Of a stretch of 64,000 nucleotides of DNA, positions 13,911 to 26,833 are shown piece after piece; position 1 is the first letter of the stretch; every line of letters begins with the position of its first letter. A program made the translations under genes and the position numbers. The stretch covers positions 12,834,001 to 12,898,000 of the forward strand of contig OZ176054.1 in NCBI GenBank assembly GCA_964247055.1, given 5' to 3'. The notes below the pieces were generated by a model. That model saw only the letters and a program-made list of their open reading frames with translations, had not been told where the DNA came from and searched no databases. This DNA is from Paragordius varius. Its lineage: Eukaryota > Animalia > Nematomorpha.

Positions 13911-15759
13911 AATATATTGTATACCTGGTAAAAAATTTTGCGTTTTTATTACTTATAAACTATTCAAATATCTTAAATCTCAAATATCGCACACATTATG
14001 CATAGAATATGTATAAAAAATGAACACAAAGTGTTTTGCAAGCATGGAAAAATAAAACATGTGGCATAGCTTTTTTACCGTCAGAAATAAATGTAAATGG
14101 GTGGGTTTTCGGAGTAATACAAATTATATATATATATATATATATATACTGCCTCCAAAATCGGAGGTTTAAAAAACTGATGATATATATATATATATAT
14201 TTATTTTGATAGGAATATGTATCAGGATTATCATGGTGCTTTTGATTTTGATCCTTACGAGTGAGTGATATGAGAAAATTATTATGATTTTTGTAGTAAC
14301 TTATCCATATCAGAAAATGGCAAAATTTGCGGACATTTTTTTAAATAAATTTTTTTGGTGAAAGCAAAATGCTTCATTCCAAAAAATATCAATAAAATAT
14401 ACATATATAAACAAAAAAATATTTTTTAAAAATATAATTTTTAGATGTAAACTTTTAAAGTCTCAAATTATTTCGCACTTTTAACTTGGGATAGTTCCCT
14501 CAAAACAAACGCAAAAATGCTGAGATTGCCCGATAAAAAATTTAAAATGCTAAATTTTGCTAAAAACATTATTAAAACATGAAGATTATCAAAAATTCAA
14601 TTTATTGGCATTCGTTGAAGCGTACTTTATACTATGCCGTGATGAAAAAGGTATAAAAATGCTTATTATAAAAACACTCTTTCATTCGTGATGTTGAAAG
14701 TTTCTATCGCTTCGTTGTAGTCAAATGGCTCGTTTGCTTTAAAATTTTGGTAAATTTTTGCAAAAATAAGTTATATATAACATAAATTTGAGTATTTTAA
14801 TAACTCCGACGTGATAGAAATGTTCAGCATCACATATAAAGGGACTATTGGATGGTCGCTTATTGTTTTAAATATAGATTGTGCAAAAAATAAAAATTGG
14901 GTGGTAACCACTTAAATTATTTTGATAAGAGATAAATTAGCATTCACCTAACTGTCTATATGATCTATATTATTTTATTTTAAAATACCATAAAATACGC
15001 TACAGAAATTTTTAGCTAAATTGGTTTTTGGCAATTTTTTTTTCAAATAAACAATTTTGATATCATAATTTAACATAATATAAAATTATCGCACAATCCT
15101 TATTTTTGCATTTAGGCTAATTTTAACGGATCGCAAAATAAAAATAAATAATTTTCGAAGTTATCGTAATTAGGTTTAACTACAAAATGTGGCATTTAGC
15201 TACAAGCAAATTATTTTTTTAGCATTATACGCGCAATTGCAATTCTAATAAGGGAATTAGTTTTAGTCCTTTGAAAATTAAGGAGAGACCATGAGATATA
15301 CTTTTATTTTTAATGTTACAAAACGCAATTTAGAAAAATTTTTATCCAAGAGCTCATATAAATGACAGGACATGCCTTTTATTTTATGGGTATATATTAT
15401 TATTTCAAACATTTATCTAAATATATAAAATAATAATAATGAAACATATATCTCGCAATATAATAAAAATGTTGTGAACCCTGAAGCTAATGTAGCACAT
15501 CATTCTATTTAATTTACGCAATATTATATGAAAATGAAAATTTATTTTATTTTAGTATTTTAGTTTGGAGTATAGGTGTGATATGTGGTTATGATTAAGT
15601 CACACAGTATTGTCTTTTTAGAATAATTTTATAAACGTAATCATACTTAATTTAAAATATTGTTAGTGTATATAAAATTGATTTTCAGAATTTTTTTTTC
15701 AAAGATTGCCATACTTCTTAAAATTTGATATTTTTAAATTTTTTTCTGATTACAAGCAA

Positions 15760-16066
15760 TATATATTTACAATTCAAATTAATCCTTATTCATATTCACT
15801 TTTAAACAATTTAAATTCATCCTCAAATAAAATATAAGATTGTTTAGATTAAAAATTGCCTATATTTTTATATTTTTAAAAAATAAAAATTTTGTTTTAA
15901 ATTAAACTAATACAGAAAAAATGATAAACTAATCCGTAAATATATATTTCACATTAATAACGAGTCATTTAAGCCCGAAAACACATAATTTATTTTTAGG
16001 GTGAATATAATTTCAAAGGTCAATTTGAATTGTTTAAGGGTGAATTTGAATTGTAAATAGTATATT
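15760..16066. mobile_element. MITE family B
   Basis: ATATATTTACAATTCAAATT ... AAGGGTGAATTTGAATTGTAAATAGTATAT. Confidence 0.75.
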
Positions 16067-16171
16067 ATGCTAATTTAGATAAAAATGATTTTCCAAGTTT
16101 TGCGAGAGTGGAGGGCCAAAATGAGAACTTAAATCATTACAAAAATAATTAAAATTATCCAGCCTTTAACA

Positions 16172-16434
16172 TACAATTTGATTGAATACGGTCAAAACGT
16201 AAAAATATAAATTCAAATATTTTTTACTAAAAGACAACCAAAATTTTTAAATCTTAATTTTTTTAAATATAACTCATTGTTTTAAACTCTTAAGTGTTTA
16301 AATAGAGATGTATAATGGTTCCAATTAGTTTACCATTGTTATTGAATGGTTGGATAAATTAATAAAAAAGTATGGTTGGAAAAATTCGTCTTTATATTTT
16401 TATATTTTGTCCGTATAATTCCAATTTTTACTGT
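16172..16434. mobile_element. MITE family A
   Basis: TACGGTCAAAACGTAAAAATATAAA ... TTTTGTCCGTATAATTCCAATTTTTACTGTA. Confidence 0.75.
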
Positions 16435-17184
16435 AAAAATTAAAAAAATTTCTTTTGATACTTCTTAAAATTTGATATTTTTCAATTTTTTTTGATTACA
16501 ATCAATATATTATTAAGGAGTAAATCTATTTTCAGCTTTCATCTATTTTTCCCACACCATCAATAAATTATATATTTAAAAATTATCATATGGTTTTTTA
16601 ATATTTGTGGTTTTGACGTTTTGTCGGAATATTATTTATTGTAATTAGAAATTGGGATATATAAATCAAATCCTAACCTTGGAACTAACTTATAGGCCAC
16701 GCTTAAATCGAATGATCTAACCTGAGTTAGAATCTGTCATAACTGGCAGTCTCTATATTTAATAGGGTTGATAATTTTTTTTTAATTTTAAAAAAGTAAT
16801 TATCAATAAAATATTATCCAATTATTTTTGAAAGCAATTATAGTCACAGTAATCCCACATTCTTATTGTAATTGCAATCGTATGGTGAAGAATTGAGTTT
16901 ATTAACAGAATAAGAAAAATAGTTAAAAAATTATGCAAAATAAGGAATGGAATGGGAATGGTAACAAAAAAGGATAACATAAAACACGTTTTAAAATTTC
17001 ACAAGCAAAGATGCTTGAATATAATACATTATGAAATAATAAAATGCATAATTCTGATACTACTAAGTCAGAATCCTGAACAAGTCCACAAAAGTATGGA
17101 GTACCTGATTGCCGGAAAACAAAGATTTGTAAAAAGTTTTAAGTTTAAGGGATAATCAATTACCTAAAAACTATACTAGGGTTA

Positions 17185-17451
17185 AATACACCATTGACAA
17201 TTCAAATTCACCCTCCAACGATATTCATTCTCGAGCAAATCAAATTCACCTTAAAATAAATATGTGTTTTCGAACTAATATAAATCATTAATAATATTTC
17301 CTTATGGCATAATTTGTTATTTCATAATTATTTTAATAATAAAAATTCATTTTTTTAAAATATAAGTAATTTCTAATTTTAAAAACACTTAATTCATTTT
17401 AGGGTAAATTTAAACTGTTCAAGGATAAATTTGATATGTAAATGGTATATT
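17185..17451. mobile_element. MITE family B
   Basis: ATACACCATTGACAATTCAAATTCACCC ... GATAAATTTGATATGTAAATGGTATAT. Confidence 0.75.
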
Positions 17452-17840
17452 ATTAATAAATCTTTATAACAATTGTATCAGCTGAGTTAATAATTCTAAA
17501 CAACTGTACATTGTCTCCTATATAGTTAATTTTCCCAACCAAACAATATTTATGATTAATTTATAAAATCTGATTATACCCTATTTTTATAATAATTTGA
17601 GATGTTATTTTTTGGAAAAGCTAGCTTACAGAAAATACTAATTCGTATATATTATTCTATTTGCGTTTCACAAATAAAAGACTATATAAAATTGCTTTTT
17701 ATTGTATCCGTGTGCAAAAATTAATATTTAAATTTAAAAAGCATATCACATCTATATATCGCTATAAAACAATACATACTGCAACATATACACAGTAAAA
17801 AATCAAACTTTATAGAAAAATTGTAAAAATTAAGAGACAA

Positions 17841-18072
17841 ATATATTCCATTTACACTTCAAATTCACCTTGAACAATAATTCACCCTTGAACAATTCAA
17901 ATCCACACTGAAATTGTGTTTTTTAACATTAAATATTACTAATATTTTTTATATTTTTAAAAAGTAAAATTTTGTTTGCAATTAAACCATACTATATTAG
18001 CCCCAAAACACATAAATAATGTATAGGGTGAATTTGAATTGTTTAAGGGTGAATTTAAATTGTAAATGGTAT
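17841..18072. mobile_element. MITE family B
   Basis: ATATATTCCATTTACACTTCAAATTCACC ... GGGTGAATTTAAATTGTAAATGGTAT. Confidence 0.75.
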
Positions 18073-18264
18073 TTAAGAATGTCAATTATTTTCCAAACCT
18101 TGATTTTTCCCATATCAAATGTATTACATCTTAATATATATAATTAGGTTTATTACCATTTTAATCCTATTATTAAATCTACTAAAATAATGAGTAATTA
18201 CGAATCCTAACATTTTTAAAATTTAATTTTGTCTTTTTAAAAAATATTTCTCTCCAAATTTATG

Positions 18265-18513
18265 CAGTAAAAATTGAAATTATACGGACAAAATGTATAA
18301 ATATCTAGACAAATTTTCAAAGAATCTTGCACCTATCACAAATTTGTGAAATATGATTATTCTTTTAATCAATCAATTTTATATTTTACAGTGCTGAGTA
18401 AATATTTTGTATATAAAATATTAAGATTTTAAAAAGTATGGGGTTTTCTTTTAAAAAGTGAAAATATTTCTCTCTATATTTTACGTTTTGTCCGTCGATT
18501 TCAATTTTTACTG
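18265..18513. mobile_element. MITE family A
   Basis: CAGTAAAAATTGAAATTATACGGACAAAA ... TTTTGTCCGTCGATTTCAATTTTTACTG. Confidence 0.8.
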
Positions 18514-18644
18514 TACGTTTTGCCTTAATAATTTTAATTATTACTGTATTGTCAAAGCTTAAAATCCAAAAGTTTTAGAAAACAATATTTTTAGACATTA
18601 ATATTTTTCCATATAATCAAATTGATTACTATTGTAATATAATT

Positions 18645-18912
18645 ATATATAAATGTAATTATACGGACAAAAGGTAAAAAAATAACGACAAGTTTATTTT
18701 TCAAAAAACAACCCTTTTTTTACTCTTAATTTATCGCATATAAATTATTTTATAACAATTGTTTACCAATTTACATTTCTATATTATAATTTGCAATTTT
18801 ATACAATGAGTTATATTTGAGGAGATCAAGAAAATGTATGGAATTGTTTTTCAATAAAAAAATTTCTTTTTATATTTTTAGGTTTTGTCCGTATAATTTC
18901 AAATTTTAACAG
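18645..18912. mobile_element. MITE family A, degenerate ends
   Basis: ATTATACGGACAAAAGGTAAAA ... TTTTGTCCGTATAATTTCAAATTTTAACAG. Confidence 0.72.
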
Positions 18913-20178
18913 TAAGACTGTTACCATTTACTAATTATAAAAATTTTGATTCAAATAACTATTATTTCACGTTTTGACTTTTTGATTTTATTACTGCATA
19001 AACATGATATTATATATTTAAATTGATAAGGATCTTAACTCCAAAAAATTATAAAAAATATTTAATATATATATATAGCTTAAAAAATTATCCATTTTTG
19101 ATAGGGAGCTTGTAAAAATACATTTTTTTAAGCAAAAAAAGTTGAAAAATTTTTATTCCAATGTTTACTATCATACAATATTAGATAATTTCCAAAGTTT
19201 AAATTTAATTATCATAATTGAATAATTTAAAGAAAATAAAAAGTAATGTATGACCTTGAACACTCTCCTGTAAATAATGTCTGATAAAAAATTTTTTTAA
19301 AGAGTTTTAATTGGCACTCTTGAAAATTTATTACCAATTATATATTTTAAAGCATGAGTTTTATTTAAAAAAAAACCAAATTTATAAAGTATAGTTAGTG
19401 TTTTTTAATGAAAATATTTGTCTTTATAACTTTTCACCGTATTTCAATTTTTACCGTGAAAACAAAACACTAAATAAGCGAATTTGAATGTGCTTCTCAC
19501 CAGCTATATTCCAAAATAAAAGATCATTTGGATTTAAGATATGATTCCAGTAAATAGATTTTGGTTAATCTAATTTTCAAACATTTTGAAATTATCATAA
19601 TATACTCTTTAGATAATAATCCTAAAATAGATCGTCATATATATATATTCGAACAAGGTAAATAGTGCCTAGTCAAATAAGCGCAAAAAATAAAAATTAA
19701 TTATTAAAAAACTACTTTTAAAGTATGGGAATAAGTAATAAAAATTACAAGGGTAGTTTGTCCTTTAAAATAATGCTTGTTTTAAATTTCCAAAAATTAC
19801 ACATAGTAGTATATGGTTCCAAAAGAAATTAATTTGAAATTATCTTTCTATAAAGATTGATCTAACTAATATAATTGAAAGAGAAAAATACTTTTTAAAC
19901 TTATAAATAAATATTGTTGGATAATTTCCAAAAAAATTGAAATACAGGCCGAAAAATTTTATACATATGAAAAAAAAGGCACAAAAGCGAAGTGCAAGAG
20001 CTTTTATGAGAAAATATGCGACAAATTTGACCTTGAAATAATATATCCTATCCATTGTTTTTTATTTTCATAAATATTAATAAATATAATGGATGTGCTT
20101 GCATTAATTATATACAAAATTATCAGTTAAAAGTCAAAATCAATAGCTTAATGGTTTTTTATTTTGATTTGACAATAA

Positions 20179-20180
<2 letters not shown>

Positions 20181-20214
<34 letters not shown>
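20181..20214. repeat. (TA)n microsatellite
   Basis: ~17 perfect units. Confidence 0.95.
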
Positions 20215-20218
<4 letters not shown>

Positions 20219-20505
20219 GTTTTTAAACTAATTAGCATCTTCTTTTTATCAAAATAATGAATTCATATTAAATTCAGTAATTGCTTTAGATTGTTGAATA
20301 TTAGTGATACAAAAAATTAACATCAAAAATATCGTTTAGAGTCCTAAACATTGATTTGGGGACAATAATTTTAGTGATTAGAATTAAATTAGTTGGCCAA
20401 GATCAGTTATCTATTTATTCAATTTCGCATTACGCCCATTTGAAACCGTAACTAAAATTTAAGATTGCGCTACATAAAAATTATTAATATTCAGATTAGG
20501 ACTTA

Positions 20506-20793
20506 CAGTAAAAACTGAAACTATACGGACAAAAAAAATATAAGGACAAAATTTTTTTTTCAAAAGACAACCATACTTCTTTGAATTTTAATTTATCCTA
20601 TATAAAACATTTAATCACAATTGTAAAATACATAATTGATTGTGTTACCAATTTACATTTCTATATTATACTTTTTAGTTTAAAATAATGAATTATATTC
20701 AAAAAAACAAGATTTAAAAAGTATGGTTGTTTTTAAGAAAAAATATTTGTCTTAATATTTTTACATTTTGTCCGTATAATTTAATGTTTACTG
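20506..20793. mobile_element. MITE family A, full length with TA TSD
   Basis: TA|CAGTAAAAACTGAAACTATACGGAC ... GTCCGTATAATTTAATGTTTACTG|TA. Confidence 0.85.
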
Positions 20794-21506
20794 TATATGT
20801 AACTTATTTAAAAAAGTTGCTAATTTTTCCATTCCATTAGCATAAAAGCTTAAATATTTGATAATATACTACCCACTATCAACAATATAGCCATAACACA
20901 TTGAAGATTTACAGCAAATTTGGTTTTTTAGGGCTGAAAAAATAAAATTTCGATTAATTATCACTCTATTTTAGATCTGCAAAAGATTTTTTAGTATATC
21001 CATAAATTGGATTTAAAGATTAATAATATTTCTATGGTATATCTGCATTTGATTGATAAGATTTTTGATAAGTTTGTAGAATTTTTTATTTAAATGAATG
21101 TTTAACATATTTATCTTTTTAATCGTTAAAATCAAAGGATTATTTATTGAAATGTGAAATTACACAATTTTCATTTCACGGAGGCAGATGATTGCATATG
21201 ATATTTTAACTAATCAATAAATATTATAAATTTTGGTTGCAAGTGTGTTTTATCTAATCTTAAATCCAGGAAACTAGGCATAACATTAGGTAATAATAGG
21301 TTATTATTCGGATATTTCTTTTTGGACGCCCATTGATTAATAATTAGATATTTCATAAAATTAGTTCATGGGCTAAGAGTTGTCGGTTACTCAAAATAAA
21401 ACAAACTAAAATGAAATGACATGTGCATTTTTAAACATATTACTAAAATTAATTTTATTTATCTATATGAAAGTGCATATAAGTCGGTAACCTTAGATTT
21501 TTCATA

Positions 21507-21780
21507 CAGTAAAAAATCATACGGACAAAACGTAAAAATATAGAGACAAATATTTTTTTAAATAACAACCATAGTTTTTTAAAATTTTATTTTTGATATA
21601 ACTCATAATTTAATGTTGCAAAGTGAGAACTAGACATATATATTAAAATATCTATATATACTTTAGAGTTTAAAACAATGAGTTATATTAAAATAAGATT
21701 GTAAAAGTATGGTTGTCTTTTAGTAAAAAATATTTGTCTTGATATTTTTACGTTTTGTCCGTATAATATCAAATTTTATG
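21507..21780. mobile_element. MITE family A
   Basis: TA|CAGTAAAAAATCATACGGACAAAACG ... CGTTTTGTCCGTATAATATCAAATTTTATG|TA. Confidence 0.8.
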
Positions 21781-22231
21781 TAATAACTCGTACAAAAATC
21801 TTTTTGCGTATATTAAAAAAATAGATTAATTTTCATTAAAGATTTAAAATTTCACAAAAAATCATGTTTTGCTTTTCAATTTTTATCATTTTTAGTTCAT
21901 ATTTTATGATATTTACCTTTCACCAAAAAAAATTATTAGCAAAATTAGATTAACACATAAGTAGTGATAAGTTTTATTTCATATATAACTCGTCAGGCCC
22001 AAAACCAAAACCAAAAGGAACACGAGAGTTCTGATACATTTTTCTATCAGAATTAATAATTTCATAAAATATTGTTATGTCCATTTTTTATATTCAAATT
22101 TTGATTTGGTTGTTGACATAATACGAGTTTTAACTTTTATTGTCATTACGCTGTTATCAAATATAATTAATTTTTTCTAATGCGAATCTTTCCCTTTATT
22201 AATGATTTGTTGTTGAGTAATTGGTTTAATT

Positions 22232-23853
22232 CAGGGCTTCAAACCGTGAAAAAATGAAACCAGAACTGGGTTGGATCCCTAAATACAGTAAAAACAGAAA
22301 TTATACGGACAAAACGTAAAAATATATAGACAAATATTTTTTTCCAAAAACAACCATACTTTTTTAAACCTTAATTTTACCTATATATTTATTACAATTG
22401 TTATATATAGAATTGATTGTGTCAGTTACATATCAATTTTATAAATAGCAATTTGAAACAATTAGTTATATTTTAAAAAATGGAGTTTAAAAAAGTATGG
22501 TTTCTTTTAGAAAAAAATATTTTTTATATTTTAACATTTTGTCCGTATAATTCCAATTTTTACTGTATATGAGTTCCGGCACCGGTTCCTTACAAATCGG
22601 TACCATTTTGATACCTGACTTTTCATTAGATGATTTTTATGCAACAATGTATACCAAAAAATCAACAACTGTAAATCAAAACAATAATTTATAAGAAATA
22701 CTAGCGTAAATCTCGTGCCGCTACTCAGCCCGAGGAAGTCCTTCGGACTTCTGGGGAGGGGGGGGTTCGAAGTTTGGATTTGAATGGGTTCACCGATTTT
22801 CCGGAAACAGATCATAAAGTTACATGAGAAATCAGTTTTTAGCGGGTAGCTCCTTACCCAGCAGCTATCATCAAAGAAACGCTTGACTAAAATTTTTGCC
22901 TTTTAACAGGCAATACGAAAAATTCTTCTCGAATTTTCACAGTCTTATACATTGGGCAAAAAATTACAATCAAAAAATTATTTTTGTGGTTTTTTTAAAA
23001 AAAAATGGCATTTTACGGGGGTAGCGGGGGCTAAATCAAAAAAGTGAGTTGACTATGTTCAGCGCGATCAAAAATAAGTAAACAAAAATCATATTTGAAA
23101 TTGAATGGTCCAAAACGTTCTCCAAAAAATTAACCCATTTTTCACACGGGGTAGGCCCGAACTGGGGGCCTATTTTAAATAAGGTCGAAGCTATTGTCGG
23201 GGCATTCATTAATGATTATATTTTTTGAATTGGATTTGAATAGGTCTACCGGTTTTCCTGTACCAGATCACAAAGCCAGAATTTTTCATTTTTAAAATAT
23301 ATAGATTAAATGGCCAAATAGATAAGTACAAATGTATGTTATAGGTATATTTGTATAAACTATTGTATCGATGGAGAAATCTTTTAGCCTTAAAATATGA
23401 TTGTACCAAGCAATTCCATAGTCAAACCACTTTTAGGATCTTAAAATATAAAATTTAGCATAAAAAATTCTTTCATGTTGTAAGCCGTAATTACCGCTAA
23501 TGTAGCCATATATTGTTTTTTAACCAGATTTATTAAATCTGCTTAAATAATTATGTCTATGCTAAAGATTACATAGTCAAAAAAATTGTCAGCATGGTAA
23601 CATGAATATTATCATATGAATTTTTCTTTAAATAATATATTCCATCAACATTAAATTATGATGGTTTTTTATTTTGATGAAATACTTTGGAAAATGTTAT
23701 TTAAAACATTTTATTTCTTTTAAAATTAAACATTTATTTTTTTAAATATAAAACCATATAGGATCCACTTATTTTGGAGGTGAAAACGGCTGAACTGATT
23801 ACTGGACGGTTACCGGAAACCGGGGGTGGTTCCGGTTTCGGTTTGAAGGCTTG
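22232..23853. mobile_element. Non-autonomous hAT-like element (~1.6 kb) containing nested insertions
   Basis: TIR CAGGGCTTCAAACCG / CGGTTTGAAGGCTTG (13/15); 8-bp flanks GTTTAATT / GTTTATTT (7/8 TSD); subterminal AACCGG/GGAACC motifs. Confidence 0.75.
22286..22565. mobile_element. MITE family A, full length, nested in a hAT-like element
   Basis: TA|CAGTA...TACTG|TA with ~85-bp imperfect inverted arms. Confidence 0.88.
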
Positions 23854-24399
23854 GTTTATTTTACTTATTGCTATAAAAAATAATCATAATTTTTGTTTAT
23901 TCCCCTTTTCCCATAAACATTCTGGGTTCTTTTTATATTTTGATGTCCATACTTCTTCCTAAACTTTCTTAGGTAGTTGACGCTTTCATCCTAATTTTTC
24001 GCATATTTTCATCTCGATTTCGCTTAGATTGTGGAATTTCACATTAATCGTAAGAATTTTCAACCTCAACATTGTTGAAGTATACGTTTTTCTTCACATC
24101 TTCTTGTTATGCTTATTTTTCTGAGGCGAACTTAACTACTAACATATTATCAGCTCTAAAGTACAATAATAATTTAATTTTTTTCAATTGTGACTTATGG
24201 TGAAAGTTTGGCAATTATGAAAGAGGATGTGAGATGAATTACAATGTTCAAAATTTTCTGCTGGAAAGTTTTAAACTTATATTCTAAAAAATAAAATTTT
24301 CCAACAAAGAAAGTTCTTAATACCATATAACCATCCCTATCCTAAATAAATTAAATCTATATTTAACTAAAGCTATCCTTTAGGCAGGTTTATTCCGGT

Positions 24400-24725
24400 T
24401 CCTTAGAAAAAGCTTTAGCAAACTGAGGTAGAAAGAAAGGCATCTGATGCACCCCGTTGGTGAAATGACATCTTTGAGCTGACCAACTTACCTCTCCATA
24501 CGCTAAAACAAGAATGGACTAAAATGGATAAAATAATCTTATGAAATTGCTCAGGGTAGGCGTCAACTGTAAGCATTTTTATTATTTTCATTATTAAAGA
24601 AAGTATGACCAATATCTTTATTGGTTCCAACATTTCTAAGCAAGTAGCGGAATAGATGTAGAAGCTTATCTTTTAACATTTTAACCAGACCTTAACTTGA
24701 TTTAGGAGAAGGCTAAGGTTTTCTG
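24400..24725 (-). pseudogene. Decayed non-LTR retrotransposon (L2/CR1/Rex-like) RT thumb fragment
   Basis: Frameshifted minus-strand pieces SENLS..., KDKLLHLFRYLLRNVGTNKDIGHTFF and KIILSILVHSCFSVWRG resemble the recalled LINE pattern ISxDLxW...KRLYFLRRL...FY...IxSxLxY...VW; not database-checked. Confidence 0.4.
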
Positions 24726-24937
24726 AAAAAAAGGTGACATACAATTTATACATTAATTTATTTTCCGTACGGCGTTAAATTACTAAATTCAGTCCTGACA
24801 AATTACTTCTTTTAATGTGTTTATTAGCATTATATTTGAGTTTAGTGTTACAGTTATGTTGTAAGCTACATGATAATCGCATTATCGTTGCTAATGTACT
24901 ATAGAAAGTATTTTCGATATATTTATATAGGTAAATA

Positions 24938-25210
24938 CAGTAAAAATTGAAATTATACTGACAAAACGTAAAAATATAATTTTCTAGAAGACAACCAAAG
25001 TTTTCAACCCTAACTCTATCAAAACCATTTGGTAACAAGCCTAAAATATATATTATGTTACCAATATACATCTCTATTTTATACCTTGGAAATAAAAAAC
25101 AATGAGTTAAATTTAATTTAGTCAAGATTTAAAAAGTATGGTTCCCTTTTGATAAAAAATATTTCTCTTTATATTTTTACGTTTTGTCCGTATAATTTCA
25201 ATTTTTATTG
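24938..25210. mobile_element. MITE family A
   Basis: TA|CAGTAAAAATTGAAATTATACTGACAAAACG ... CGTTTTGTCCGTATAATTTCAATTTTTATTG|TA. Confidence 0.85.
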
Positions 25211-25347
25211 TAATATATGGGCAAATTTTCAACTTAACAGAAAGGGTGAATAAGGAGTTTATATAAAATTTATAGATAATTTGTGGCATAGAAGAAACTT
25301 TTATAACCGCAAAAAAGATCAAGTCTAGATGAAATGTTGTTGAAATT

Positions 25348-25586
25348 CAGTAAATAATGGAAATTATACAGGCAAAACGTAAAAAAATAAAGACATAAAA
25401 GAAAACCAAAAAATATATAATTGATTGTGTTACCAAATTACATCTCTATTTCCTACTTTACAATGCAGTCTAAAATAATGCGATATCTTAAAAAACCTTC
25501 AAATTTAACAAAATGCAGCAGTCTTATGGAAACAAACTGTTGTTTTAATGCTTTTACATTTTGTCTGTATAATTTAAATTTTACTG
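25348..25586. mobile_element. MITE family A, degenerate
   Basis: CAGTAAATAATGGAAATTATACAGGCAAAACG ... TTTTGTCTGTATAATTTAAATTTTACTG|TA. Confidence 0.75.
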
Positions 25587-25653
25587 TAAATAGATAATAA
25601 AATTCTTGTACATGCCCTAAAATTCAGATTTTGATCAGTGTAAAAATAAAAAT

Positions 25654-25911
25654 CAGGGTTGTCCAACATAATGAAGTCCGCCCTCATTTTCGGATCCAAA
25701 AATCTGACGGGCCGCATTCACAAAATATATGGGAATTATCAAGGAATTTGGCAAACATTGTTGAAATAATTTTGCAGTTTTTTATTTAAATCTATAAAAT
25801 TTACTCAGAAATATTGAGGAAAATCGATTTAACTTATATTTTGTAAAATATATTTTAAATTTCTCGCGGGATGCAGAACTATTTTCGAGGACCGCACGCT
25901 TGACACCCATG
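25654..25911. mobile_element. Degenerate hAT-like MITE (CAGGG.TGTCCAAC type)
   Basis: CAGGGTTGTCCAAC ... CTTGACACCCATG with GC-rich subterminal GGGCCGC/GGACCGC; TSD weak. Confidence 0.5.
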
Positions 25912-26833
25912 ATATGAACATCCGTTGAAAAACTATTTTCAAAATACAATTAAAATATAGAAATGAGAAAATAATAATAATTGCTTTGAATATATTTAAA
26001 TGATGATGCGGCGGAAATATCTAATTATGATAAAAAAATATATATTTTTTAATTTTAATTTCAGGGTCCTATAAATATTAATTCAATTTAAATAATTATT
26101 ATAATACCTTTTCACTTGAAGTTATAATATAACAAAATATGTATGATATTAACTTATTTGTTTCTCACAATATATCAATCTACTATACCGACAAAGGTTA
26201 ATTTTCAATTAATCTTGTAATAGAGTTAGTTAACTTTTTTCGGCACATTTCTATATATCATTTTTTTAAATTATATAAAAAATTATTAGTTTAAAATTAA
26301 TTTTAGGGGTTTAAATCATGGTAAAAATAAAATAATACTTTGTCACTAAAAAATATCTGAAAGATGGTAAAAATGATAAAAAAATGACAGGAGAGATTAA
26401 AATTACATAAGCCGATAGTATTTAACATAAAAAAATGATACAATTTTTGATTGTATTAATACCATCATGAAAATTGCAAAATTGATAAAATAATTTTTTA
26501 CTTTGAAAGCAGATATTTAGGTGCCCCCCATTTCAAATTTTAAACATATCACATTATTTTATCAAGATTTATTCCTGGGTGCTATCACATATATAGATAA
26601 ACTCTCTAATATTATCTAAATTTTATACAAATAATATTTTAAACCCTTGAATGAAGAATATGTCCAATAAAACTTTTAATTATTGAAATAAATGCAAATT
26701 AATAAAAAATCATGTTTATTTTGAATGATTTTATAATTTTTTTTCGCGATCTCCCATTTATATCTACCATCATGAACCAATTATTATATCTATGCAGCAA
26801 AATATAATCATCGTGCTAAAATCCATCTTATTT

